A stretch of DNA of 64,000 nt from an uncultured delta proteobacterium (GTDB taxonomy: Bacteria > Desulfobacterota > Binatia > DP-6), in assembly GCA_963815115.1 (NCBI GenBank), contig CAWFFN010000009.1, positions 1,856,001-1,920,000 on the forward strand, in the 5' to 3' direction. A model generated the notes under the pieces. The model was not told the DNA's origin and did no database searches. It worked only from the letters and a program-made list of their open reading frames with translations. Within the stretch, counting starts at the first letter, position 1. Every line of letters starts with the position of its first letter. Below are positions 22,013 to 32,300 of this stretch, piece by piece. A program made the position numbers and the translations under genes.

Positions 22013-22554
22013 GCCAGCCTCACTGCAGCTTCGCCGATGCCGTGGCGCTGCACGCCCTCGGTGCCCTCGATCCCACCAGTGCCGACGCGTTGCGGGCGCA
22101 CGTCGAGGCAGGGTGCGTCGCGTGCCGGTCCGACGCCGAGGGTTTTGGCGCCGTGGCGCGCGACCTGGCGTTCGACGCCGTGCCCGAGAGGCCCGACCCC
22201 GGGCTGCGCGCCCGCGTGCTCGGCCGTGCCCGCGCCGACGTGGTGCAGCGCGAGCCGGCGAGCGCATCCTCGCGCACATGGCGTGAGGTCCGGAGCGGAA
22301 TCTGGCGCCACGTCGTCGAGGCGTCGCCGCGCGGGCGCTCGTACCTGATCCGGATGGCACCGGGTGCGGCCTCGGGACCCCACGTGCACCGCGTGCGCGA
22401 GGAGTGCTGGGTGCTCTCGGGCGACGTCCGGGTGGAGGCTCAGCTCTTGCGTGCGGGGGAGTCGTGCCGGACGGAGGCGGGTGCGGTGCATGAGGGAAGT
22501 GCGAGCGCCGGTGGGTGTTTGCTGCTGATCGTCGAGGAGGCCGCGGCGGGGTAG
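22009..22554 (+). CDS. Zinc-binding anti-sigma factor with C-terminal cupin (ChrR-like)
   Basis: LGALD...AHVEAGCVAC (ZAS-like); cupin PHVH..EECWVLSGDV...VH. Start is CTG 22009 (overlapping the sigma stop) or GTG 22042. Confidence 0.8.
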   Translation: MSQPHCSFADAVALHALGALDPTSADALRAHVEAGCVACRSDAEGFGAVARDLAFDAVPERPDPGLRARVLGRARADVVQREPASASSRTWREVRSGIWRHVVEASPRGRSYLIRMAPGAASGPHVHRVREECWVLSGDVRVEAQLLRAGESCRTEAGAVHEGSASAGGCLLLIVEEAAAG

Positions 22555-22650
22555 GGCGCGGGGCCGTCGCGTTCGTGAGGGCGCCGGCGGCGTCGCCGAT
22601 GCGACTGAGGTGCTCGGCCCGTTCACCCTCGATGCGCCCCCGAGAACAAA

Positions 22651-22684
22651 CGCGGGCCGCAGGGTGTTTCCCTGCGACCCGCGC
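22651..22684. terminator. Hairpin between convergent genes
   Basis: CGCGGGCCGCAGGG-TGTTT-CCCTGCGACCCGCG. Confidence 0.6.
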
Positions 22685-22711
22685 GGTGTTCGGATCGGGT
22701 GGTGGCTCGGA

Positions 22712-23628
22712 TCAGTTCTGGCCGAGCGGCAGCGCGACGTCCACGACCTGGTCGTTGAACGGGTCGAGCAGAGTCGCCTGCCCGGTCTGGAAGTTCACGC
22801 TGTAGAAGCCGGAGCCGTCGCTCGTGTTGAGCACGCCGAATCCCCGGTTGTCGACCGCCACCCCGCCCACCACGACGCTGTAGATGTCGAGGCCGGCGGC
22901 GAGCCCGGCGTCGACGCCGAGGCTACCGGTGGGGACGAGGTTGGCGGCGACGCCCCCGGGAATGCCGTTGGGTGGCGACTGCACGACGACCTGGTCCTGG
23001 TCGTGGCGACGTCGTAGAGCGTGGTCCCGGTGCTCGTGGCGAGGTCGTTGTTGGTGTAGGCCGCGGCGGTCACGCCCGTGGCGGTGACCACCAACGTGCC
23101 CGCCATGATCGTGAGCGGCGCATCGTTGATCGTCACGCCACCCGCATTGACGTTGTGACGCAGGTTCTGGCCGGTGTTGCTCAGGACCCGGAGCCGGTCG
23201 GCCGCCGGGTTGAAGTCGACCGCGAACGACGTCGCCGCGGGATCGAGCGGCACCGTCAGCTGGTTCACGAACGTCGCCTGTCCGGTGTTCGGATCGATCG
23301 TGTACACGCCGCCGCCGTTTCCGACGCCGTAGAGCTTGCCGTCCTGCACGCGGAAGTCGATGCCGATGAGCGCGCTGTCCGGGCTGCCGAGGCCCGTGAC
23401 GAACCCGACGACCTCCGCCTTGTCGGCCGAGCTCGTGGGAAAGCACAGCAGGCGGCCATCGGCGGTGAGGCCGACGGCCCTCAGGCTCTTGATCCGCGCG
23501 CTGCGACCCTTGCCGGTGTTGCTCACGCAGTTCCGTGCGGCGAATGCCTCGCCTCCGCCGAGCAGCAGCGCGATCGCGCCGGCGATGGCGGCGCGCTGGA
23601 TGGTGGACCCGGTTCTTCCATTGATCAT
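22712..23628 (-). CDS. DUF4394 family secreted protein with one frameshift near 23005
   Basis: Signal peptide; LIGIDFRVQDGKLYGVG, VDFNPAADRLRV and AAAYTN motifs; continues in another frame as DQVVVQSPPNG...GSLGVD. Confidence 0.8.
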
Positions 23629-23685
23629 GATCGTTTGTCTCCCCTGCCGGCCAGGGGTCGCGCCCCCGGCGTCGGCACCCGTCCC

Positions 23686-23712
23686 TACGCGACGAGTGGA
23701 GAGGACGGATGG
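23686..23712 (-). promoter_or_regulatory. Putative ECF promoter CCATCC-N17-CGTA for DUF4394
   Basis: Resembles the SigK-type CCATCC -35 element; 58 nt upstream of the ATG. Confidence 0.5.
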
Positions 23713-23800
23713 AGCTCCAAGGGGAGCGTCACGATGTGACGCGTTCGCCGCTCGATCGTGGTTGCAGCCCTGCGCCGCGTGGGCGGTCCTGGCTGCTCGT

Positions 23801-24859
23801 CTAGCCGGCGACGCGCGCCGTGCTCGGATCGTTGCGGTCGTCGCGCCAGGGCGGATGGTTGAAGTGCACGACGTGGTCGCCATTGTAGGAGGCGACGGCG
23901 TCGTCGAAGGTCATCGTGCCGACCTGGCGCCAGCCGGTGATCTCGCGGCGCTCCTTGAGCGGGCTGCCGCGCGTCACGCCCTCGTCGGAGGTCTCGATGC
24001 GAAAGGTCAGGGTGCGCTTCGGCTCGGGATCGCCGGGGTCGAAGATCTGGGCCATGATCTCGTCGCGGAAATCGAGGCTGTCGCCCGGGATGATGGGCTG
24101 ATCGGGGACGACGGAGAGCTGCATGAACTCGGGCGCGCGGGTCCGCTCGCGCGTCGGCTTGCCGAGCTCGGCGAGCTGGTACACCTGGCGAGCGGACGGT
24201 CTCTTGTCGGCGAGCATGAGCACGATTGCCGTCGCCAGCAGCACTGGCAATCCGCTGCCACGGCGGAAGGCCGTGGTGTTCGGCGCATTGCGAAGGACGG
24301 CCTGGTTGATGCTGGCACTGTCGTCGCCGCCGATGTCCTGCTGGGTGATGAAGCTGGCCGTCGGCAGCGGCTCGGGATGCCGGGGATCCGTCGTCGGATA
24401 GACCCGTCCCACGAGGGCCAGCGATCGGGTGTGCCCCCTGCGGGTCTCGGTGCAGCAGGTCGAGTAGCGCGCGACGATCAAGCCACGGCTGCCCTTCCGG
24501 AAGAAGCCGGTGTAGGGGGTCTCGTCGGTGATCTGCCACATCCCGGTCAAGCAGATGCCGTTGGGATGCAGGAGCCGGCGGTAGCCCTTGCCGTCCGGTC
24601 CCCAGCGCAGGTCGGCCTGCGAGGCCACGGAGCGGCGCGCGGCGGAGAGAAACTGCCACGGCTTGCCGAACGGGAGGACGCCGCGCAGCACGCTTCCGAG
24701 GGTCACCGGAAACCTCTCGAGAGGCGGCTCGCCGACCGCCCCCCAAACCTTCTGGTAGGGGTTGGCGAAGATCGCATCGCGGACCGTGGCGAACCGCGAC
24801 CCGGAGAACCGCCGGTCCTCCTCGGTCAGGCCCTCGATGCCGAGCGATTCTCCGCTCAT
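23801..24859 (-). CDS. Catalase-related heme protein (small catalase / allene-oxide-synthase-like fold)
   Basis: RRLLHPNGICLTG (distal-His-like), IVARYS, SLALVG and LSV..L.F...W..VG.MTFD patterns; GGAG RBS. Confidence 0.65.
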   Translation of the reverse strand: MSGESLGIEGLTEEDRRFSGSRFATVRDAIFANPYQKVWGAVGEPPLERFPVTLGSVLRGVLPFGKPWQFLSAARRSVASQADLRWGPDGKGYRRLLHPNGICLTGMWQITDETPYTGFFRKGSRGLIVARYSTCCTETRRGHTRSLALVGRVYPTTDPRHPEPLPTASFITQQDIGGDDSASINQAVLRNAPNTTAFRRGSGLPVLLATAIVLMLADKRPSARQVYQLAELGKPTRERTRAPEFMQLSVVPDQPIIPGDSLDFRDEIMAQIFDPGDPEPKRTLTFRIETSDEGVTRGSPLKERREITGWRQVGTMTFDDAVASYNGDHVVHFNHPPWRDDRNDPSTARVAG

Positions 24860-24872
24860 CCTCTCCCTCTCG

Positions 24873-26768
24873 TCATCCCCGCGCGGCCGCGGCGATGACG
24901 CCGGCGGCCTTCTCGCCGATCATGTAGACCGGGGTGACGATGAAGAACCCGGGAATCCTCGGGAAGATCGAAGCGTCGACGATGCGCAGCCCGCGTGTCC
25001 CGTGAACCTCGAAGTTGCCGTTCACGACGCCCCCTTGGCTCGGTTCCCCGATCGGGCAGGAGCACGAGGCGTGATGCCCCCAGGCATTGTCCTTCACGAA
25101 GTCGGCGATCTGGTCGTCGGTCTGCACGCCCGCTCCCGGCAATTCCTCCTCGGCGACGACTCCCTTCCGACGGAGACGCGCCGTCAGCTTGCGCACGAAC
25201 TTGACGCCTTCGACGACCGACGTGAGGTCGTCGCCCCGTGCGTCGCTCCCCTCGGTGAAGTAGCGAAAGTCGATGTCGGGCGTGTCGAGCGGATCGGCCG
25301 AGCGCAGCCGCACCGTTCCTGCGCGGTTTTGCGTGTGAGCCTTGAGAATGGCCCAGGTGAGGTAGTTCCGATTGCCCGCGAAGAGCTTCGAATAGCCCGG
25401 GAAGTAGCCGCGGAAGAGGCCGAGAAGCGCAAAGATGAAGAGGTCGGGCACGGGGCGTTCGGGCACGGATCGCTTCACGATCGCAGCGACGGCGCCGTTG
25501 GTCGTGTAGACTCCGTCGCGCTTCGTCTTCCACTCCTCGTACTGTGGATCGCCCGCAGCGAACTTCGCCCCCTTCAGCACCCACCACTCCGGAAAGTTCA
25601 TCCGGTTGACGACGCCGACCTCGTAGCGGTCCTGCAGATTGGAGCCGACGCCGGGGAGATCGATCCGAACCACGATGCCGTGCTTCTCGAGCTCCGCGCG
25701 CGGGCCGATACCGGAGAGCAGGAGGAGCTGCGGTGTGTTGTAGGCGCCGCCAGCGAGGATGACCTCGCGTGAGACGGGGACCTGGCGCGTCACCCCTGGC
25801 TCGTTCGCCGGGTGCTCGTGCGCACGATAGAGGCGCCGTCCCTTGAGGTACTCGACGCCGACGGCGCGGTTGGTGTCGTCGAACAGCACACGGGTCGCCA
25901 GGGCATCGAGCTCGACGGTGAGCTTGTCGGGACGCTTCGCCGCCACGTCGAGCACGCGCTCACGGCTGCCGTTGCGGGCGTGATGCTTCGTGGCCAGCGG
26001 GGTGTAGCGCAGGCCCGTCGAGTCACCGTCGACGAGGCGCCAGTCGTTCGGATCGCCCTTGCCGAGCAGCGACCAGCGAATTCGCTCGAGGAGCGGTGTG
26101 CCGATGGCGCGTTCCTCCGCGGCGATCGTCTTGATGAGGAACTTGTCGAGGTTCTCGTCCTTCACGGCCGCTTTCGGGATCGCGGCCTCGGTGTTCAGCC
26201 ACCCCTTGAATCCATGGCGGGTCGGATTGATCCCGGTGAGCTTCTGCAGGAAGCGCCACCCGGGACGGTGGTGGCAGTTCTCCATCAGCTCGAAGTGCTT
26301 CCGCATGCTCTTCGGCGACCAGGAGCTGTCACCGGTCAGCTCCTCGATGAATCGCCAGTCGTCGTTGTGCGGATAAACGGTGATCTGGGCGTTGTGCGCG
26401 GTGCAACCGCCAAGCGTGCCGGCGCGCGGGTAGAGAACGCCGTCGACGCGCTTCCCGTCACATGTCTCGACGTACTTGGGATCGCGGTTCTGGAGCGTAT
26501 CGTCCCCGTAGTGGCGGACGAAGAAGTCCCACTTCAGGGCGCCGTTCTCGGACGCGAAGGCGTGAAAGCACGGAACGTTGTAGTCGTCGGGCAGACGGTT
26601 GGAGGAGGTTGGATCGGCGGCGTGCATCTCGACCGCATCGCCACCCGCCTCGAGCAACAGAACCCTGTAGCCCTCTTCCGCGAGCCGGGCGGCGACCGTT
26701 CCGCCTCCGGCTCCCGATCCGACGACCACGTATTCGTACTCGGCGCGAGGGAGTCCTTCGATTGCCAT
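24873..26768 (-). CDS. GMC family FAD oxidoreductase
   Basis: VVVGSGAGGG, YPRAGTLGGCTAHN, TPQLLLLSGIG, PGVGSNLQD, WGHHASCSC and LRIVDASIFP motifs. Confidence 0.92.
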   Translation of the reverse strand: MAIEGLPRAEYEYVVVGSGAGGGTVAARLAEEGYRVLLLEAGGDAVEMHAADPTSSNRLPDDYNVPCFHAFASENGALKWDFFVRHYGDDTLQNRDPKYVETCDGKRVDGVLYPRAGTLGGCTAHNAQITVYPHNDDWRFIEELTGDSSWSPKSMRKHFELMENCHHRPGWRFLQKLTGINPTRHGFKGWLNTEAAIPKAAVKDENLDKFLIKTIAAEERAIGTPLLERIRWSLLGKGDPNDWRLVDGDSTGLRYTPLATKHHARNGSRERVLDVAAKRPDKLTVELDALATRVLFDDTNRAVGVEYLKGRRLYRAHEHPANEPGVTRQVPVSREVILAGGAYNTPQLLLLSGIGPRAELEKHGIVVRIDLPGVGSNLQDRYEVGVVNRMNFPEWWVLKGAKFAAGDPQYEEWKTKRDGVYTTNGAVAAIVKRSVPERPVPDLFIFALLGLFRGYFPGYSKLFAGNRNYLTWAILKAHTQNRAGTVRLRSADPLDTPDIDFRYFTEGSDARGDDLTSVVEGVKFVRKLTARLRRKGVVAEEELPGAGVQTDDQIADFVKDNAWGHHASCSCPIGEPSQGGVVNGNFEVHGTRGLRIVDASIFPRIPGFFIVTPVYMIGEKAAGVIAAAARG

Positions 26769-26784
26769 GGATGGTCTCTTCCGC

Positions 26785-29346
26785 TCAGAACGTCTTCAGG
26801 AAGGCGATCAACGCGTGCTTGTCGGCGTCGGAGAGACCCGGTTCACCTTCGCTCTCGGGAAGGAAGTCGGTGCCGAAGTAGTGGCCGCGGTTGACGACGA
26901 AGTCTTTGCATTTGCTGACATCGAGGAGATCCTTCACGAGCGGAGCGAACTTCGTCCTGGCCTGCTCATCGCTGTAGTTCGGCGGCAGCTCGTGGAGGTC
27001 GTTCTTGATCTCGAGCAGGAGATCGACGACCCGATCGCCCTTCGTGAGGTCGATGTTGGAAAGGAGGTTGATCGGGGTTCCCTTCGGGATGGGCCCGATC
27101 TTCACGCCCCCCGGACTGAGCACATTGGGGAAGAACCGGGCCAGCGGTCCCAGAAGTTTCGCCAGCGCCGGCGGGAGGTACCCGGGAGCGACGCTCAGAT
27201 AGGTACTGTCGGAAGTCACATCGACGATGCCGGGGTGCGACTTCCCGGAGACCGTGACGTAGCTGCGGTCGCCCTCGCGCTTCTCGGGCCAGAGCATCTT
27301 CGTGATGCCGTCTTCGAACGCCTCCTCGCGATCCTTGACCGACCCGCTCCATCTGAACCCACCGACGGTGTTGTTCTGCAGATACGGTGCGGTTGCCCAG
27401 AGGCTGATCAGGGATGCCGGCCGCGTGAAGCCCCGGCCCCCGCCCGGCACATCCCAGGTCGAAGCAGCGCCGGTGTACGGGTCATGGATGAGGATGCTGC
27501 CGACGGACGGCAGAGTCTTGTACGACTCCGAAGAGAAGTTGTCCCAGATGTTGTCGCGGAGGGCGTTCGTCGCCAGGGGGCTGCAGGCGTTGGTCTCGAG
27601 CAGCGTCACCGGCACGCGCAGCTCGGTGGAGAGGAAGTTGTCGTCCAGGAAGTCGGAGGCGATGACGATCTGCTGCATCTGATCCTTGAATTCGCCGGTC
27701 TTGGTCCACTGCCAGTAGTCCTTCCAGCACTGGAGGTAGCTCGGACCGATACACCCCGGCTGCATGAAGCTCGTGAAGGCTTTCTCCGGGAGCTTGCTCG
27801 AGTGGCACCGCGCGCAGCGCTCCGCGAACACCGCCTTGCCACGCGGCACCTGCCCGACATCGGCCGCGAGGTAGGCGGCGCCGCCGGGCGCGTTCCTCAG
27901 GTAGTCGGGCCTGGCGCTGGCGAGAAAGAACAGGGCGAGATCGAGCGTCTGGGCCACGTTCGCCTGCCAGTACGTGGAATTCTTCTCGGCATCGGCGATC
28001 CTGATCGGGGAGATCGGGAAGAGGGCGGTGCCACCGAAGAGTGGCCTGAAGTGGAGCAGCCACTCCTCGCTGAACAGGCCGATGTTGAGGTAGACGCGGT
28101 TGAGCGCTCCGAGTCCGCCGACCGAGTCGGCGCCGTCCTTGAGGACGTGGGTCGTCAGCACGGTCTGCGTGGCCGGGTCGTAGAACTTCGACAGCGGAGC
28201 GCCGGGCGGGACGTAGTCGTTGAACTGCTTGTTGTTCACGCTTCCGCCGGCGAGGTGCTCGGCTCCCCACTTCCGTGCGATCTCGAGCCGCGCGCCGAGA
28301 TTGTAGATCGCGTTCATCGTGCGCGGGTTGTTGATCTGATCCGACGAGACGAGCGACGTGTCGAGCGCGCCGGGCCGGGAAGTGTGGAAGAGCTGGAAGA
28401 TGAAGCTCTTCTCCTCGTTCGTGCGATTCCACATGAAGATCCGGTCGATCCAGAAGTACTGCGCGCCGGGGTTGCTGTTCAGGTTCGCCCAGGCGGGATT
28501 CTCCGGATCTGCGGGGGGGTTGGTCGGATTCGGTCCGACGTGGCAGAAGCCGCACGACATGCCCACGCGGTACGGCTTCACCAGGTCGGCGCGGTTGTAG
28601 TACGACTCGTCGGTGTAGTAGGGGTCCCGGTCCCTCTTCGGACCCCGTGCCGCATCCCACGCCTGCTGCGCTTTCTCGTCGAAGTCCGGGTTGGGAAACA
28701 GTCGCAGCCCGACGATGCCGGTGGCGTAGCCGTAGTAGGAGCCGAGCGCCAGCTTGCCCGTGCCTCGGGCACCGATCTTCACGCCCGGGTATTTCTGCTC
28801 GTTCTCGAAGGGATCGGGTGGGCAGCCGGGCCCATCGACACGCTCGTCCAGCCAGAGGCCCCAGCGGTCCTCTCGCGGTCCGGTCGCCTTCCGGAAGCAG
28901 GGCTCGTTGACGAGGCCGAGCTCCTTCCACCGGTTGTCGCGATTGGCCCTCAGGCTGGGATGGTTCGAGAGGGTCTTCAGCAGATCGAGGTTGCCGGCAC
29001 TGCTGCGGGACAGCACGTCCCACAAACGGTCGTTGCCGGCCGTCCAGACGATCCAGTTGTTGCGGCCGCGAACGGCAGCCTTCGCCGCGACGTCGGCGGT
29101 GATGCCCGGGACGTACGGATCCAGCGCGGCGCGGAGCGCCTCGGGATTCTTCGTGATGCCGTAGTCCATGTCGCGATAGTAGTCTTCATCGGCTGCGGTC
29201 AGGCTCGCAGCATTTCGGCCCGCCAGCCTGGCCTCGTCCAGTACCGTTCCAGGCTGTGGTTTCTTTCCCTGAACGTGGTTCCAGACGAGCAGGCCGCCGA
29301 TGGCTCCGACCACGATGACGACGAGCGCGAGCACGAGCTTCCCCAT
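26785..29346 (-). CDS. Membrane-anchored diheme c protein, RoxA / cytochrome c peroxidase superfamily-like
   Basis: N-terminal TM; CGFCH and CARCH; SLISLWATAPYLQNN (MauG-like); NRGHYFG...DKHALIAFLKTF C-terminus. Confidence 0.75.
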   Translation of the reverse strand: MGKLVLALVVIVVGAIGGLLVWNHVQGKKPQPGTVLDEARLAGRNAASLTAADEDYYRDMDYGITKNPEALRAALDPYVPGITADVAAKAAVRGRNNWIVWTAGNDRLWDVLSRSSAGNLDLLKTLSNHPSLRANRDNRWKELGLVNEPCFRKATGPREDRWGLWLDERVDGPGCPPDPFENEQKYPGVKIGARGTGKLALGSYYGYATGIVGLRLFPNPDFDEKAQQAWDAARGPKRDRDPYYTDESYYNRADLVKPYRVGMSCGFCHVGPNPTNPPADPENPAWANLNSNPGAQYFWIDRIFMWNRTNEEKSFIFQLFHTSRPGALDTSLVSSDQINNPRTMNAIYNLGARLEIARKWGAEHLAGGSVNNKQFNDYVPPGAPLSKFYDPATQTVLTTHVLKDGADSVGGLGALNRVYLNIGLFSEEWLLHFRPLFGGTALFPISPIRIADAEKNSTYWQANVAQTLDLALFFLASARPDYLRNAPGGAAYLAADVGQVPRGKAVFAERCARCHSSKLPEKAFTSFMQPGCIGPSYLQCWKDYWQWTKTGEFKDQMQQIVIASDFLDDNFLSTELRVPVTLLETNACSPLATNALRDNIWDNFSSESYKTLPSVGSILIHDPYTGAASTWDVPGGGRGFTRPASLISLWATAPYLQNNTVGGFRWSGSVKDREEAFEDGITKMLWPEKREGDRSYVTVSGKSHPGIVDVTSDSTYLSVAPGYLPPALAKLLGPLARFFPNVLSPGGVKIGPIPKGTPINLLSNIDLTKGDRVVDLLLEIKNDLHELPPNYSDEQARTKFAPLVKDLLDVSKCKDFVVNRGHYFGTDFLPESEGEPGLSDADKHALIAFLKTF

Positions 29347-29363
29347 GGTGTGTGTCCCTTCGG

Positions 29364-32300
29364 CTACGAGGAGCCGCCCTGGGATCGCGCCCGGCCCAGC
29401 ACGCCCGAGAGGTCCGTGAGCTTCGAGCTGGCGCTCCCGATCGCCGACAACGCGCCAACGAGCCTTGCCCATCCCTCCGGCTGGGCGAAGTACAGTACCA
29501 GCCCGGCGGCGATCAGCACGTAGGTCAGCAGTCCGCGGGTTCGATCCCACAAGCTGTCACCTTCGGCTCGCTCCCACGCGACGACCCGCGCCGGCGGCTC
29601 CTCGTGCGCGACGAAGTTCTGGAAGCTCTCGTTCATCGGCCGGGGCGCCGGGGTGAACCGTACGAGTCCCGCTCGTGCCAGCCCCTGCGCCAGACGCCAG
29701 TTCCTCGGATTGACGAGGCCTTCACTCACCAGCTGCGCCAGCAGCAGCTGCTCCTCCTCGGAACACTGCAACCAGAGGCGGCGGTAGTGTGCACCAGCGA
29801 CCTGCTCGAGCCGCCGGACGACGCCCTCGGCAGGCGGAGGGAGCGACCACACTTCCCAGGCGATACCCCGGAGCCGGGGTGTCCAGCGCGTCTCCTCGAC
29901 GAGCTGCTGCACCTCTTCCGTGCGCCACGGCACGGTCACCCGCGTCGGGAGCCACAGCCAGCCGGTGCGATCGGCCTCGTCAACCGCGACCGCCAGAGAG
30001 ACGAGTGACTCGGCGTCGGAGGGTGCCGCACCCGCGGGCACGCGCGCCAGGCGCTCGAGCACCCTCGCCCAGCGCACGGCGTCGTTCGGAACCGGCGTGC
30101 CGGCCGGCAGCGTGCGCTTGCGGAAGTGAGCCAGGGGATCCGTCTCGGAGCAGACCACCAGCGGCTTCGGTTGACGGGACACCAGCGTCTCCAGCAGCTG
30201 CAGCGCCTGCTCACCGCGCGCGGGATCGTCGAGCGCCGCCTCCAGGTGGTGCACGATCACCACCGGGGCGGGCGACCAGACGCGGCCGAGCGCTTCCTCT
30301 CGCCCCGGAGCCGACTGGTCGTCACTCAGATCGAAGACGTCGGCATGCACGGCCTCGCCGGCGAGGAGCGCGCCGCTGCCGATGACCAGCAGCCCGCGGG
30401 CGTGCTGAGCTTCGGTCGGAAGCGTGCGCCTGCCGCCGTGTTCCTCGTCGAGTCCGACGATGCAGGCAGCCAGCCAGCGCAGGACCAGCCAGAGGAGGCT
30501 CGCAAAGACGAGGAAGCCGCCGATCACGCCCACGCGCTGCCACGTGCCCGACGGGGTCAGTCCGGGGACCGGGACCGTGCTCGCGATGCGACTCACCTGG
30601 TGCGGCCCGCGGCCCTCTTCCGTCGAGCCGCCCGCCCGGTCGCGGCGCAGGCGATACCAGCACAGTTCCCCGGTGCCGTCGGCGTGCCGCGTCCATCCCC
30701 AGCGCTCGTCGACCGCCTGGCGTGTCAGCAGCTCGCGCGTCTGGATCAAATCCTCGCTGTGGATCGGCAACAGCTCCAGGATGGGTGCGGAGACGTGTCC
30801 CGACGCCACCGCGAGGCGCCACAGCCGCTCGACGGGTCCAGCGAACGGCTCGGCCGGGCCGGACTCGACGCATCGTTCGTCTGCCTTCCGGACGCCCCCC
30901 TGGAGCGCCACGCCGAAGAGACGACCCGGGACCACTTCGGCGCTCTGCGATCCACTTCCGCCACTCGCTGGCGACCCGATCCATCCGCGCTGTCTCAGCT
31001 CGAGCAGCTCGGGGCAGATTCCGGCCGCCTCGTACTCCGCCTTGTTGGTCTCCTGCAGTCGTTCCACGTCCTCGGCGAGCTTGAGCTGGCCGTTGCGGAC
31101 GAACGCCTCCATTCCGAGCTCCCACGAATCGCGCAGGAGTGCGGCAGAGGGAATCACCACGGCCAGCACCAGGATGAGGACGCCGACGGTGACGAAATCG
31201 TGCCGCCATCCCATCCAGGTGCCACCGGCGCCCCGCCACGCTTGCACGACGGCGACCACGAACAGAACCGCACCGAGGCCGGCCGCGAGAGCCGTCCCCT
31301 GGATCATTGCCGCCAGGCAGACGACTGCCAGGACGAGCCAGACGATCCGGGAGCGCGCCGCGACGACGAGCGCAGCCGGCGGCCGAGCCTGCGGGTTGAG
31401 CAGGAGCCTCACGCACGCGAGGCACATCCCGATGATGGTCACGAGCATGGCGAACAGACGTGGCGAGACGCTTGGTCTCGTCGCCAGAAGCCACGTCGCG
31501 GTCGCGCAGCTGCCGGCGAGGACGAGGATGCACTGGCGGTACTGGAGGGCGCTGGCTTCCGACGGCCACAGCCGGTTGTTCCGTGTTCGCGGCGTGAGCA
31601 GACACCACACACTCCAGACGATGCCGCCCAGCGCCAGGTAGACGAGAAAGCCGATGGACCAGCCAAGGAGCCCGTCGAGATCGTGCGAGAGCTGCTTCTC
31701 CCGATTGCGCATGACCACGAGCGTCCAGGGTGAAAAGTTGATCGGGGTGATCAGGAAGCGATACGGCGCCCCCCGGTATTCACCGCTCAGGAAGCGCTCC
31801 TGCCGCGCCTCGATCGCCGCCCGGGCGCCATACTCGACGGTGACGTCCTCGAAGAAGTCCTCGAACAGCCGATGCTCCTGGGATTCGGGGAACACGACTC
31901 GCCCGTCGTTCTCGATGATCGCGAACGCGAAGTCGGTGGGCAGTACCGGCCGCGACACCGACACGAAATGGGGCGTTGCGGAAACGATGCCCTCGAAGTT
32001 CCCGCCGTCGTCGAGGAGCGGCATCGCGACGGCAGCGAGGATCGCTCCCCAGATCTTCGACTGGCTCACATGAATGGACAGCGCCGCCGTGCCGAGTCCC
32101 CTCGTTCTGGGCAGCCCCCATACCCGTCCGTCGCGCGCGTCCTTGAAGAACTGCTTGTCGTCGATCGCCAACAGCGGTGACACGGTCGACGCGATCGAGA
32201 ATTTCTCTTGCTGCTTCCCCCGGGCGTCGGTCCAGTACACGATCGGCAAGTAGGGATAGGCCTCCTTCAGGGTGGCGACCCAGGCGGCGGATGGACATCC

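Noticed and set aside
26767-29523. Long antisense or alternate-frame ORFs (also 40080-42758, 44142-46895, 48076-51216, 56328-58874)
   Set aside because: They are shadow ORFs of real genes, expected at this GC content; they are R/A/P/G-rich and have no family motifs.
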